Notes: generated from the letters alone by a model not told the origin. Positions 38,365-47,852 are shown, counted from the first letter of the stretch. The stretch: 64,000 nt of DNA from Thermoproteota archaeon (GCA_037917675.1 JAVCBW010000025.1:32001-96000); one strand, 5' to 3'. Made by a program: numbers and translations.

Positions 38365-38486
38365 CTTAGGAAGAAGCTACTTAAAATCTTTCATAGAAGG
38401 TTTAATGATGCTCTCAACAAATTAATAGGAAACGTAGCAGCTTAAGGGTAGGTGAGAATCAGATAGCATAGCTTAGGCTGATCAGA

Positions 38487-39659
38487 ATGCCTACAAATCT
38501 ACCAGCTGAGGCCTTATCAAAGTGGGAAGAAGTTCAGAAAGCTAGAACCCCTGAGGAGAAGCTTAGAAAGCTGCAGGAATTCTACTCGATGATCCCAAAG
38601 CATAAAGGGACAGAAAAGCTGCTTAGGCAGGTTAGAAAGAAGATAGCTAGACTTAGAGAGGAGGTGGCGTCTAGAAGAGAAAGAAGGAAGGGGATAGGCT
38701 TCTTCGTGGAGAAGAGGGGAGATGTACAGGTGGTGCTATTTGGGTTTACGAACAGTGGAAGAAGCACTATCTTGAACAAGCTTACAGGTAGAAGGTTGAA
38801 GATTTCATCTAGCCCATTCACTACAGTAGATAAGCCGGAGACAGGTGTGTTTACATGGGAGGGTGTGAGCATCCAGCTAGTTGAGGCACCACCGGTTGTT
38901 GAGGATCATGATAGCGTATTTACATCCAGGGCATTAGCGCTTGTGAGAAATGCAGATTCTGTTGCAATAACTTTGGACTCCTCTAATAACCCTATAGATC
39001 AGCTGATTAAGCTAGCAGACACGCTTAAGATGGGAGGGATCTCTCTGAAAAAGCCGAGAGCGTACATCGATGTAGAGCCTAATCCCAGTAGAAATGGGAA
39101 CCTTGTGAGAGTAAGGGGGAAGCTATGTGGGTGTACAATCAGAGATGTAGAGGAGGCGTTGATCGAGCTCGGAGTGAAGAATAAGATAGTAACCATATAT
39201 GGAGAGGCAGACCTTAGCTTAATAGAGGAACATATAACCATGATGCTTAGGTATAAGCCACCTATGATTATGGTGACAAAGCTAGATATGTTAACATACA
39301 GCGAAGCAGACAGCATCTTGAAGGAGATTAAGAAGATAGCTGGTGAGACGTTGGTCATAGATGCGAGAAGAAGCCCAGATGCTATAAAGAGAGAGATGGC
39401 CGAGTATCTGTTACATAAGCTTGGGCTGATTAGGGTATATACGTGGGGGAGGTATGAGAAACAGCCAGCAAGCAAGCCTATAGTAGTGAAGAGGGGAGCT
39501 ACTGTATTAGAGGTAGCTGGTAAAGTTCATAGCAGCCTTTATGAGAGATTTAAATACGCGCTTGTCTGGAGAAGAGGAGACTTGGACAAGAAGCCTGTAA
39601 AGGTCGGTAGGGGATATACTGTAGAAGACCTAGATGTGATAAGGATAGTGGGAGGCTGA
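38487..39659 (+). CDS. DRG/OBG-family GTPase with TGS domain
   Basis: MPTNLP, PKHKGTEKL, GFTNSGRST, TKLD, C-terminal TGS. Confidence 0.88.
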   Translation: MPTNLPAEALSKWEEVQKARTPEEKLRKLQEFYSMIPKHKGTEKLLRQVRKKIARLREEVASRRERRKGIGFFVEKRGDVQVVLFGFTNSGRSTILNKLTGRRLKISSSPFTTVDKPETGVFTWEGVSIQLVEAPPVVEDHDSVFTSRALALVRNADSVAITLDSSNNPIDQLIKLADTLKMGGISLKKPRAYIDVEPNPSRNGNLVRVRGKLCGCTIRDVEEALIELGVKNKIVTIYGEADLSLIEEHITMMLRYKPPMIMVTKLDMLTYSEADSILKEIKKIAGETLVIDARRSPDAIKREMAEYLLHKLGLIRVYTWGRYEKQPASKPIVVKRGATVLEVAGKVHSSLYERFKYALVWRRGDLDKKPVKVGRGYTVEDLDVIRIVGG

Positions 39660-39699
39660 GGGCAAAGCTTTTATCATCTATCAGCTTAAGCCTATGGGT

Positions 39700-39813
<114 letters not shown>

Positions 39814-39815
39814 CC

Positions 39816-40493
39816 TCACTTGGCCTTGCTAAGTCGAGTAACTTTTGTTCCATGTGCAGTTATGACCTCTGTGACTAAATCCTTTGGGAAAACACCACAT
39901 TCTACTACTCCAGCAATATTCTTTACAGATGATACTATGGCATCAGGTGAGGCAGATACTTCATGCATCTCGATTAGATAGTTACCATTATCAGTGATAT
40001 ATGGTTTAGCACCAAGCATCCTGATGGAGTACCTCATCGCATGGCACTCTCTGGCAACTCTTCTGGCAGTAACTTTCCACATGAATGGGATAACTTCCAC
40101 AGGTAGAGGGTGCTTTGAGAACAACCTAGGAACAAGCTTACTACTATCACATATCACAACATACCTGTTGCTGATCTGAGCTATCATCTTCTCTCTTGTA
40201 AGAGCTCCGCCCATCCCCTTCAGGAGATTAAGCGCCGGGTCTACTTCGTCAGCGCCATCAATCGACAAATCGAGCCCAGAGACTGGGTCATCGAGGATAG
40301 GGATGGCATAGGCTTTTGCAAGAGCCTCTATTTGAGAGGAAGCTACTACACATCTGACTCTGATGCCTTCTCTAGAGAGACGTTTCGACATGAAGTACAG
40401 GAACCATGCTACAGTCGATCCGCTTCCAACACCAATAACCATGCCATCTTCTATTAGCTGAGAAGCAAACTTGGCTACAGCAATCTTCTCCAT
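39816..40493 (-). CDS. rpiA: Ribose-5-phosphate isomerase A
   Basis: GVGSGSTV, DGADEVD, KGMGGALTREK, TDNGNY; start trimmed to exclude the tRNA. Confidence 0.95.
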   Translation of the reverse strand: MEKIAVAKFASQLIEDGMVIGVGSGSTVAWFLYFMSKRLSREGIRVRCVVASSQIEALAKAYAIPILDDPVSGLDLSIDGADEVDPALNLLKGMGGALTREKMIAQISNRYVVICDSSKLVPRLFSKHPLPVEVIPFMWKVTARRVARECHAMRYSIRMLGAKPYITDNGNYLIEMHEVSASPDAIVSSVKNIAGVVECGVFPKDLVTEVITAHGTKVTRLSKAK

Positions 40494-40510
40494 GCGAGCC
40501 TTCTCCTGAG

Positions 40511-40609
40511 AGCCCCGGGTGGGCTTTGAACCCACGACCTGCGGCTTACAAGGCTCGGCTAGAATCCGCCGCTCTGCCAGCTGAGCTCACCCTGCAATGC
40601 CACCGGGGC
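40511..40609 (-). tRNA. tRNA-Thr(TGT) with two introns: 14 nt at 8/9 (40588-40601) and 12 nt at 30/31
   Basis: GC-CCCG-GU^GGCAUUGC-AGGG-UG^A-GC; GAG-CGGC-GG^AUUCUA-GCCG-AG^C-CUU; U73. Confidence 0.85.
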
Positions 40610-40693
40610 GCCGGGGCTCTGTATAGCATGCCATCACAGGTTTTTTATTCTTTGAGGTGGTACAGCTAGCTATGTTGATATACACTTGTAATG

Positions 40694-40781
40694 AGCCGCG
40701 GGCGGGATCCTCTATAGGAATTCGAACCCGCGACCTCCGGCTTACCAAGCCGGCGCTCTAACCAGGCTGAGCTACCGCGGC
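40694..40781 (-). tRNA. tRNA-Thr(GGT) with 13-nt T-loop intron (59/60)
   Basis: CCGGC-TTGGTAA-GCCGG; GGGTTCGAA^TTCCTATAGAGGA^TCCC. Confidence 0.88.
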
Positions 40782-40860
40782 CCAAGAAGGTGATAAGAGA
40801 GGCTTAAAAAATTAGCGTGCTTGCCGAGATGAAGCTGTACTATAGAGCTGGTGAACACTA

Positions 40861-41606
40861 TCATTGAGAGGGGTTCATGGCATTCTTATATCTAAGCCTG
40901 TATCTAGCTAGTAGGTACACAGCTGTGAATATGAGAGCAATAAGAGGAAGCTTGATCAGTAGGCTTGAGAGCTTGCCAGAATAGAGCTCTATCATAATGA
41001 TATCCCCAGGGTTGAAGCCTCCGACTACAAGTGTGGTTTTCAGAATCTGAGAGACATCTGAGATGCAAGGAAGAGACGAAAGCTCCTCAATTAAAGTCGT
41101 ATTCTCTGCAAACTGCATCAGCTTCCGCAGGTGAAGCAGGCTGACAAGGAGGCCAGCGAGCTTAGATCAGAGAAAGGGGGAAAGGTGGCTTCATTCATCG
41201 TGGCATAGAGGCATGCCTCCATGCAGACCTCTACATTATAGATGTTAGAGGTAGCAAGGGTATTTGAGGAAAGCCATTCTCCCAGCAAGTAAGGATATTA
41301 CATCCGTGGGATCTAGTCCTCTAGTATCTATGATAGCCTTTTTGAGATATCAGCTAGCTGGATTATTCTATGGGTAGTAGAGCTGGAGGAGACATATGCT
41401 ACTACAGAAGAGAAACGTGAGGATATGGGAGACAGAGCCATATAGGTCTGCTTTAGATCAACTAGAAGTATGGAGTGGTCTATGGAGCTAGCTGCATAGA
41501 TAGCAGTCACAGCTAGCTGAAAACCTGATGGAAAAGCATAGCTATATGACACGAGAAGGAGAGAAGCCAATAAGCATGCTGAGAGACAGCATATCCTCAT
41601 GTGCAT
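40861..41606 (-). pseudogene. Fragmented secreted/membrane-anchored protein gene
   Basis: Signal-peptide ORF (41328-41606) and C-terminal TM ORF (40861-41118) separated by stop-interrupted frames. Confidence 0.4.
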
Positions 41607-41649
41607 AGAAAGCTAAAGCAGACTTATGAGCATTAGCTACCGTGGCTAG

Positions 41650-42684
41650 ATGAGGAGGAACATGACATGCACTGTAGTAGTAGGTGGTTTCTACGGGGAT
41701 GAGGGAAAGGGGAAAGTTATATCCTACTTAGCATGGAAGGACAGACCATATGCAGCAGCTAGAGGAGGAGTGGGGCCGAATGCTGGGCATACTGTTGTAG
41801 TGGATAGGAGAACATATAAGCTTAGGCAGCTTCCCTCAGCCTTTGTAAGTAAAAACACTAAGCTGTACATTGGAGCTGGAGTACTGATAAATCCTAGAGT
41901 GCTATTCAAGGAGATAGAAGAAACGAGATGTAAAGGGAGAGTATGGATAGATGGTAACTGCGGCGTTATCGAGGAAAAACACATCGAGGAAGATAGGAGG
42001 AGTAGGCACCTAAGTGGGAGGGTTGGGACAACAGGAACTGGATGTGGCCCAGCTAATGCTGAAAGAGCCCTCAGGACGCTTAAGATAGCACGTGAAGTAG
42101 AGTCGCTGAAGGAGTATATAGCAGATGTTGCACTAGAGCTAAATGAAGCATTAGATAGTGGACATGACATCCTCTTAGAAGGTACTCAAGGCACATTCCT
42201 CTCACTATACCATACAGACTGCTATCCATACTGCACGTCAAAGGATACAACAGCATCAGCTGTGTGTTCAGATGTAGGAATAGGGCCAAGGAAGGTTACA
42301 GATGTCATATTGGTATTCAAGGCGTATACGACAAGAGTAGGAGGGGGGCCCTTAGAGGGAGAGATACCAGTAGAGAAAGCGAAAGAGATGGGTATACTCG
42401 AGATAGCTACGGTCACTGGAAGAGTGAGAAGAGCTGCCCCATTTAATTTCAAGCTTGCTAAGAGAGCTGTCATGCTGAACTCAGCTACACAAGTTGCAAT
42501 AACTAACATAGATAGATTATATCCAGAAGCTTATGGAGTGAAGAGCTTTGAGAAACTGCCTACTAAGGCGAAAGCATTCATTGAGACTGTAGAAAATGAG
42601 CTGAGGACACCGGTAACCATGGTCTCAACAGGACCTAGCGTTGAAGACATGGTTGACATTAGAGAAGAAAAGCTAAGTAGGTGA
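41650..42684 (+). CDS. purA: Adenylosuccinate synthetase
   Basis: GDEGKGK, GPNAGHT, EGTQG, TRVGGGP, TVTGRVRR. Confidence 0.97.
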   Translation: MRRNMTCTVVVGGFYGDEGKGKVISYLAWKDRPYAAARGGVGPNAGHTVVVDRRTYKLRQLPSAFVSKNTKLYIGAGVLINPRVLFKEIEETRCKGRVWIDGNCGVIEEKHIEEDRRSRHLSGRVGTTGTGCGPANAERALRTLKIAREVESLKEYIADVALELNEALDSGHDILLEGTQGTFLSLYHTDCYPYCTSKDTTASAVCSDVGIGPRKVTDVILVFKAYTTRVGGGPLEGEIPVEKAKEMGILEIATVTGRVRRAAPFNFKLAKRAVMLNSATQVAITNIDRLYPEAYGVKSFEKLPTKAKAFIETVENELRTPVTMVSTGPSVEDMVDIREEKLSR

Positions 42685-42725
42685 TGAGGTAAAGTTTAAA
42701 GGATAAGGAGGCATAGAGTTCAAGT

Positions 42726-42826
42726 GGGCCCGTAGCTCAGCTAGGATCAGTAGATAGAGTTAGAGCGGGGGCCTCCTAACAGTGGAAGATAGCCCCAGGT
42801 CGAGGGTTCAAGTCCCTCCGGGCCCG
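42726..42826 (+). tRNA. tRNA-Arg(CCT) with two introns: about 13 nt in D-loop and 12 nt at 37/38
   Basis: GCTAGGA^TCAGTAGATAGAG^TTAGAGC; GGGGC-CTCCTA^ACAGTGGAAGAT^A-GCCCC. Confidence 0.87.
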
Positions 42827-42840
42827 CTGGGGGAGCAACC

Positions 42841-43404
42841 TTGATAGTAATAGATCAAAGACTTCTCGAGAAGTATACTGGAGCTCCCCTAGAACATGAG
42901 CTGATTATGGTCAGAATTAGATACAGCACTGCTAGGAAGCTCCAGGAAGTCGTCAGTGAAACAAGTAGAGTTAAAGAAGATGCCATACTAAACGTTGTTA
43001 TTCCAGCAGACTTCATCTTTTCCCTCAGACACGTGTTATCTGCATTCATACATTGGTTTAGGTCGCTTAGAAGAGGAAGTAGGGTAAGAGATCCAAATAT
43101 AGAGTTTCTCAGGTACTACTTTGCAGCCAAGCAAATAAGAGACGTTAAAAATATCTTAAGAAGAGCCTCTTCCAAAGACTTTGTGTGTATAGCCTACGGA
43201 GACAGGAAAGGGGTTTTGGATAAGCTGAAAAGCATGCAAGAGGCAGAGATTTTGGAGGATGTTATGGTGGGAGCATGTGATGTTAGGCGGCTATCGAAGG
43301 TCTTTGGTGTTGAAATCGAGGCATTTAACAGAGGAGGTGGAGAGATCTCTGCACTAGAGCTTGGAATACTTGAGAAAATAGCCTTGCTTGACGTACGTGA
43401 GTAG
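42841..43404 (+). CDS. cgi121: KEOPS subunit Cgi121-like
   Basis: ADFIFSLRHVLSA, IEFLRYYFAAKQIRD, LEKIALL. Confidence 0.78.
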   Translation: MIVIDQRLLEKYTGAPLEHELIMVRIRYSTARKLQEVVSETSRVKEDAILNVVIPADFIFSLRHVLSAFIHWFRSLRRGSRVRDPNIEFLRYYFAAKQIRDVKNILRRASSKDFVCIAYGDRKGVLDKLKSMQEAEILEDVMVGACDVRRLSKVFGVEIEAFNRGGGEISALELGILEKIALLDVRE

Positions 43405-43405
43405 C

Positions 43406-43927
43406 CTACTCGAGTATGCTTCGATCCCTCATCAAATCAACAAAGAACTTCTCTAAATCCACTTCTGCTACCAGTCTACCACCGATTTCTAGGTGTCTAC
43501 TTGACTTAAGTAGGTAGCCCTCTTCAACCAGCTTATCTAGTATGGATTTTGCAGTACTATATGTATGTCTTCTTCTCAGTATGGTTATCGCTCTGTCCTC
43601 GCTTATTCTTCCTCCTGCCTCTATTATGTGAGCTGCTATTATAGCTAGGGCTCCAAGCTCCATTAAGGTCAGTGTAGATGCGCTGTGAGAAGACTGAAGG
43701 ACAAGAAACAGCCTTGTATTCGGCTTTACTTCATCCCAGCTAGCCACTTTCTTGTAGCCATCCACAGCTACCAATTTTAAGCCAAGATCTTGAAGAACGC
43801 TGTCCAATCTGGCCAGCTTTTCCCTCCAGCTCTCCCTGTATATGGTCATTATTTCACTAGCAGGTATTCCTTTTCTTCTGCCTTTTTCTGATGAAAGCAA
43901 AGCTATTACCCTCTTATCTTCTTCCAT
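43406..43927 (-). CDS. Tandem winged-helix KITE protein (Nse1/Nse3/ScpB-like)
   Basis: L..VLQDLGLKLV; LAIIAAHIIEAGGRISE; LDKLVEEGYL...IGGRLVAEV; overlaps kleisin gene. Confidence 0.7.
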   Translation of the reverse strand: MEEDKRVIALLSSEKGRRKGIPASEIMTIYRESWREKLARLDSVLQDLGLKLVAVDGYKKVASWDEVKPNTRLFLVLQSSHSASTLTLMELGALAIIAAHIIEAGGRISEDRAITILRRRHTYSTAKSILDKLVEEGYLLKSSRHLEIGGRLVAEVDLEKFFVDLMRDRSILE

Positions 43928-45060
43928 CGGAGCACCTCATCCCACTTATCATAGGTTACTGATGTCAGTATTACATGAGGCTCTTCAGCAGGCTCAGGAG
44001 TGATTAATATCTGTCCGTCATCTATTTTTAGGGTAGCTAGGCCTCTTTTAACTAGGAAGCTAGTCAAGTAAGCTCTGTTAATGGTCTCCGTGAAAGTGGA
44101 GGTAGTTATCCAGCTAAAGTATTCAACTGGCTTAAGCGCAGCCCTATGTTTTAGCTCAGTTAGAAGGTTAGCTAACATGTCTTCGAATTTCCTAGAGTCC
44201 AGTACACCCATCTTCCTTGCAGCTTCTATATCTAGCTCCACGCTGACCTTTACTGTACTTTCTGAGGGCTTAGAGCGGCGGTTCTGAGCAGCAAGTTGCA
44301 GCTGAGATATAGCCTTGGAGAGATTTTCATGAATTATTGTGTTTGGTGTGAAAACAGGGTTTACATAGGAAAGTAGCTTCTTGCCGAGTTCCTCTTCTCC
44401 TATAGATTCTATGAAATCTGTGAACCCTCTCGGTAGCTTAAGGCTGCGGGCTATCCATTTTCTCTGCGCTTTAAGCACCTTTGCAGCCTTTAGGAGGGCT
44501 TCAGCATCCATCAGAATATCTTCTCGGCTCTTCCAGATGTCATAGTACTCTCTGAGCAGCTCAATGTACGTGTCTAAGTCTAGATCAAAGGGGTCTGCTT
44601 CGTGGCTTAAAACCTGTGCAGCAAGTAAAATCAGCTTTTTTAGCGTAAATCTTCCTTTTGAGATAATGCGGTCTATATGTTGCTTGTATTCTTCTATCTC
44701 CTCATTTAGATCTAGGTGCTGAATGTGGTGAAGAATTGGGTTTTCTCCTTTCCTATAGAGCGAGAAAAGCAGGTCAGCATAGCTTAGTATAAGAGCGAGC
44801 GTTTCTCCTGCGCTAGTCAATTTAACTATGGTATAGCTTTTATCTCGGTCTTTCACACGCTTGACTTCTATAAGGCCTACTTCTATCAGCTTTTTTACAG
44901 CACGAGATACGCTTGGCTGAGAGGATCCTACTTTAGCCGACAGCTGAGTTATTGAGATCCCCTCAGGTATCTGGTCGAGTGTGTCTATTATCCGGAGTGT
45001 AAGTGAGCCGTGTTCACCAGTTAGCTTTGCTAGCAGTGATATGAATCTTGAGTACTTCAC
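43906..45060 (-). CDS. Kleisin (ScpA/Nse4-like) fused to an N-terminal MarR-like wHTH
   Basis: HTH SITQLSAKVGSSQPSVSRAVKKL; kleisin N-domain DPFDLDL..AEALLKAAKVL; C-wHTH YLTSFLVKRGLATL..GQILI. Confidence 0.7.
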   Translation of the reverse strand: MKYSRFISLLAKLTGEHGSLTLRIIDTLDQIPEGISITQLSAKVGSSQPSVSRAVKKLIEVGLIEVKRVKDRDKSYTIVKLTSAGETLALILSYADLLFSLYRKGENPILHHIQHLDLNEEIEEYKQHIDRIISKGRFTLKKLILLAAQVLSHEADPFDLDLDTYIELLREYYDIWKSREDILMDAEALLKAAKVLKAQRKWIARSLKLPRGFTDFIESIGEEELGKKLLSYVNPVFTPNTIIHENLSKAISQLQLAAQNRRSKPSESTVKVSVELDIEAARKMGVLDSRKFEDMLANLLTELKHRAALKPVEYFSWITTSTFTETINRAYLTSFLVKRGLATLKIDDGQILITPEPAEEPHVILTSVTYDKWDEVLRWKKIRG

Positions 45061-47852
45061 TTTGGGACCCCACAGTAGTTGACTGTAACAACTTGGATGT
45101 TTCCTTTACTCCAGTCCATTGCTGGAAGCGGGCCTGGAGTCACTAGAAAATACTGGCCTATGCTTTCCCTTTTCGAGATGGCTGAGTATAGCACTTCAAG
45201 CACTCTAGCCTTGTTCATCGGATCTAAGTGGACATCAAACTCATCTATAGCTTTTATCGGAGAAGAGCTGCACTCCTGTAGTGCAATTAGGAACGATAGA
45301 GTTGCTAGCGCCTTTTCTCCCCCACTTGCCTTAGCCCTCCTTAGCTCTCGCTCACTGGACTCATGGAATTTAGCTGATATTTCAAGCCAGCTGCTTTCAG
45401 GATCATCCTCTATGTGTAGGATTATCCTACCAGTGGCGCCTACTCCTCTTAAGAGCTCTTGATACCGTGAGTTAGCTTCCCTTATTAGGGATCGGAGCAT
45501 TTTCTTCCAAGTCGCGATTCTCTTGCTCAATTCAGCTTCAAGCTTTAGCTTCCTCTCCTGTATCCTCTCTATGTTCTCTCGTGTCATATTATACTCTCTT
45601 AGAGCTCTCTTATACATCTCATCTGCAGAGAGTATCACGTCTCCAATGTTTTCTAGTGAAACCTCGACTCTAGCTAGCTCCTTTAAGATTTCTTCCTCTG
45701 ATGGAATAGAATCTAGATGCTCTATTGACTTTGGTAAGTTCTTAGATATCTTCTGTATCTCCATTGCTAGGGTTTCTGCCTCTGTGGATAATTCTCTTCT
45801 TCTGGCGTCTAAGAAAGAAAGCTGATTACTTATCTTTCTCACCTTTTCCTGAAGCAATTCTCTCTTCGCTCTCACCCTCTTTAATCTAGATTTCGCCTCT
45901 GATAGCTGACTGTCTGTCTTAGAAAGCTCTTTGAGAGCAGTTTCAAGGCGTATACTCAGCTCACTCACCTCCTTCCTCAATTTCTGGATTTCCTCTTGAA
46001 TATCTGTCTTCTCTGATAGCAATTCGCTCAGCTTTTTCCTGAGAATTTCTTGTTTAGCTAAAGCTCGCTCTACATCTATCAGCTGCGTCCTGAGATCTCT
46101 CTCTTCTCTTCTAAGCTCCCTCAGCTTGGCCTGTAGTCTTCTTCTCTCTCGCTCTAATGTTGACAGATCTGCCTGTGAGCTGCTCTCTGCCTGATGTGAA
46201 GAATGAATGAAAGTTGATATTATAACGAGGTTGGAGCCTACTTGGATAGCTTCTCTTCTCGAGCTTGTTTTCGGTGAGAAAGTTACTTCACCTGGCTTCC
46301 TAGGAAGCGAGTCTGAGAACTTGAAGCCTGATAGTTGACGTAGAAGAGCAGACAGTACTACCGCAGCTGGAAGCCTAGCTTTGAGCCTAGTGCCTTCAGG
46401 AAGAGCAAACTTGGCTACCTCTCTGCTTGGAGTATTTACGCATGCTATTGTGATGTTGATGCCGTTAGCTGCTCGGTAAGCCTCTAATTCCTTGAGAGCT
46501 TCTAGGCTCCACGTTACAGCTATATTGGATGGAGCTATACCGATCAGCTGATGCAGAGCCTGTGGGCAGGGGTCTATTAGCTCGGTGAGGAATGCCCACT
46601 TTCCAGCAAGCTGACGCTTGAGCTGCCTGATTAGCTTCTGGTAGGTGGGTGCCGAGCCTAAGGTTTCTTTGTAGATCTTAAACGCTTTCTGAGCCTGTAT
46701 CTTGCCATCTAGCTCGTCTAGCCTCTGCTCCAGCTCAGTGACTTCGCACTCCACCTCTTGCAGCCTGTCCTCTATGTTAGGCTTCCTAGATGCTAGCTGC
46801 CTTAGATTCTCTAGCTCTGCCTTAGTTTCTTCTATGCTTCTATCTATTTGAGTGATTTTGCTCTGTGCTTGCTTTAGATCAGCAGTCTTTCTGTCTTTTA
46901 GTGTTGATAGATGGGCTATCTCCCCTTCTATTTTGCGTATCTCAGAGTTGAACGCTTCTATCTCATCTGATAGCTGGTCTTCTAGCCTCCTGAGGCTAGC
47001 TATGGCTCCACTCAGCTTTATCCTTTGAAGGGAAACAATACTAGACTCTACTCTAGATAACTCAGCTTTAACTGTGGCCAGACGTGAGGCTAGCATCTGT
47101 CTTCTCTTAGCTAGCTTATAGGCTCTAGCGAGCGTGAGCTTTTCTTCAAGTTCTTCTCTTATGCTTAACAACTTTTTCCTCTCATTTAGTTTCTTCCACT
47201 CAGCTTCCCAGTACCTTAGCTTCTCTTCTGCCTGTTTTAGTATGAGAGACGCCTCCATTTCATTTATTCTGATTTCCTTTAACTCCTCTCTAGCTTCAAC
47301 TATTCTCTTACGATAGGGAGTTATCTGAAGCACTTCTTCTACTAACCTAAGTTTTTCTTCAGGTTTTAGCGCAAGAAACCTTGGACCCATGTCCTGCTGC
47401 ATAAAGACTAGCGGATTCTCTGGATTTATTCCAGCACTCAGCAGGTATGTCCTAATGTCCTTAGAAGAGATTTTGGAGTATGATTTCCAGCTCTCTCCCT
47501 TTATAGCAAAGTGTGAACGCCCGTCTCTGTAGATTACCCGCTTTATTTCAATGATGTCATCTTGTATCTTAGGGAATAGCTTTCTTCTATCAGGTAGAGT
47601 ATTTCTCAGCTTCAGAATGATCTCACTCTTACTGGCACCCTCTCTGATTAGGTCGCTGAGGTTTGAAAGCCCGTCCCTCCCTATGCCTAGCGCGGTAGCT
47701 CCCAGACCTGCTGCGATGCCTATAAGCAGACTCGACTTTCCAGAACCATTTGGGCCTACTATGAACACTACACCATCCTCTATGAAGTCTATGTGAGCTA
47801 GCTCATATACCATAAAGTTCTTTAGAGTTATGCTCTTTATCATGGGAATCAT
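45057..47852 (-). CDS. SMC ATPase of the Smc5/6-related (coalescin/arcadin-4-like) group
   Basis: LKNFM, GPNGSGKSS, Q-loop FMQQD, coiled coils, hinge-like centre without CxxC hook, SGGEK, DEFDVHLD, VTP. Confidence 0.85.
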   Translation of the reverse strand: MIPMIKSITLKNFMVYELAHIDFIEDGVVFIVGPNGSGKSSLLIGIAAGLGATALGIGRDGLSNLSDLIREGASKSEIILKLRNTLPDRRKLFPKIQDDIIEIKRVIYRDGRSHFAIKGESWKSYSKISSKDIRTYLLSAGINPENPLVFMQQDMGPRFLALKPEEKLRLVEEVLQITPYRKRIVEAREELKEIRINEMEASLILKQAEEKLRYWEAEWKKLNERKKLLSIREELEEKLTLARAYKLAKRRQMLASRLATVKAELSRVESSIVSLQRIKLSGAIASLRRLEDQLSDEIEAFNSEIRKIEGEIAHLSTLKDRKTADLKQAQSKITQIDRSIEETKAELENLRQLASRKPNIEDRLQEVECEVTELEQRLDELDGKIQAQKAFKIYKETLGSAPTYQKLIRQLKRQLAGKWAFLTELIDPCPQALHQLIGIAPSNIAVTWSLEALKELEAYRAANGINITIACVNTPSREVAKFALPEGTRLKARLPAAVVLSALLRQLSGFKFSDSLPRKPGEVTFSPKTSSRREAIQVGSNLVIISTFIHSSHQAESSSQADLSTLERERRRLQAKLRELRREERDLRTQLIDVERALAKQEILRKKLSELLSEKTDIQEEIQKLRKEVSELSIRLETALKELSKTDSQLSEAKSRLKRVRAKRELLQEKVRKISNQLSFLDARRRELSTEAETLAMEIQKISKNLPKSIEHLDSIPSEEEILKELARVEVSLENIGDVILSADEMYKRALREYNMTRENIERIQERKLKLEAELSKRIATWKKMLRSLIREANSRYQELLRGVGATGRIILHIEDDPESSWLEISAKFHESSERELRRAKASGGEKALATLSFLIALQECSSSPIKAIDEFDVHLDPMNKARVLEVLYSAISKRESIGQYFLVTPGPLPAMDWSKGNIQVVTVNYCGVPK

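Noticed and set aside
45057-47852. Rad50 or a Wadjet defence system
   Set aside because: No CxxC zinc hook, no mre11/nurA neighbours and no JetD TOPRIM nuclease gene; the context is core genome.
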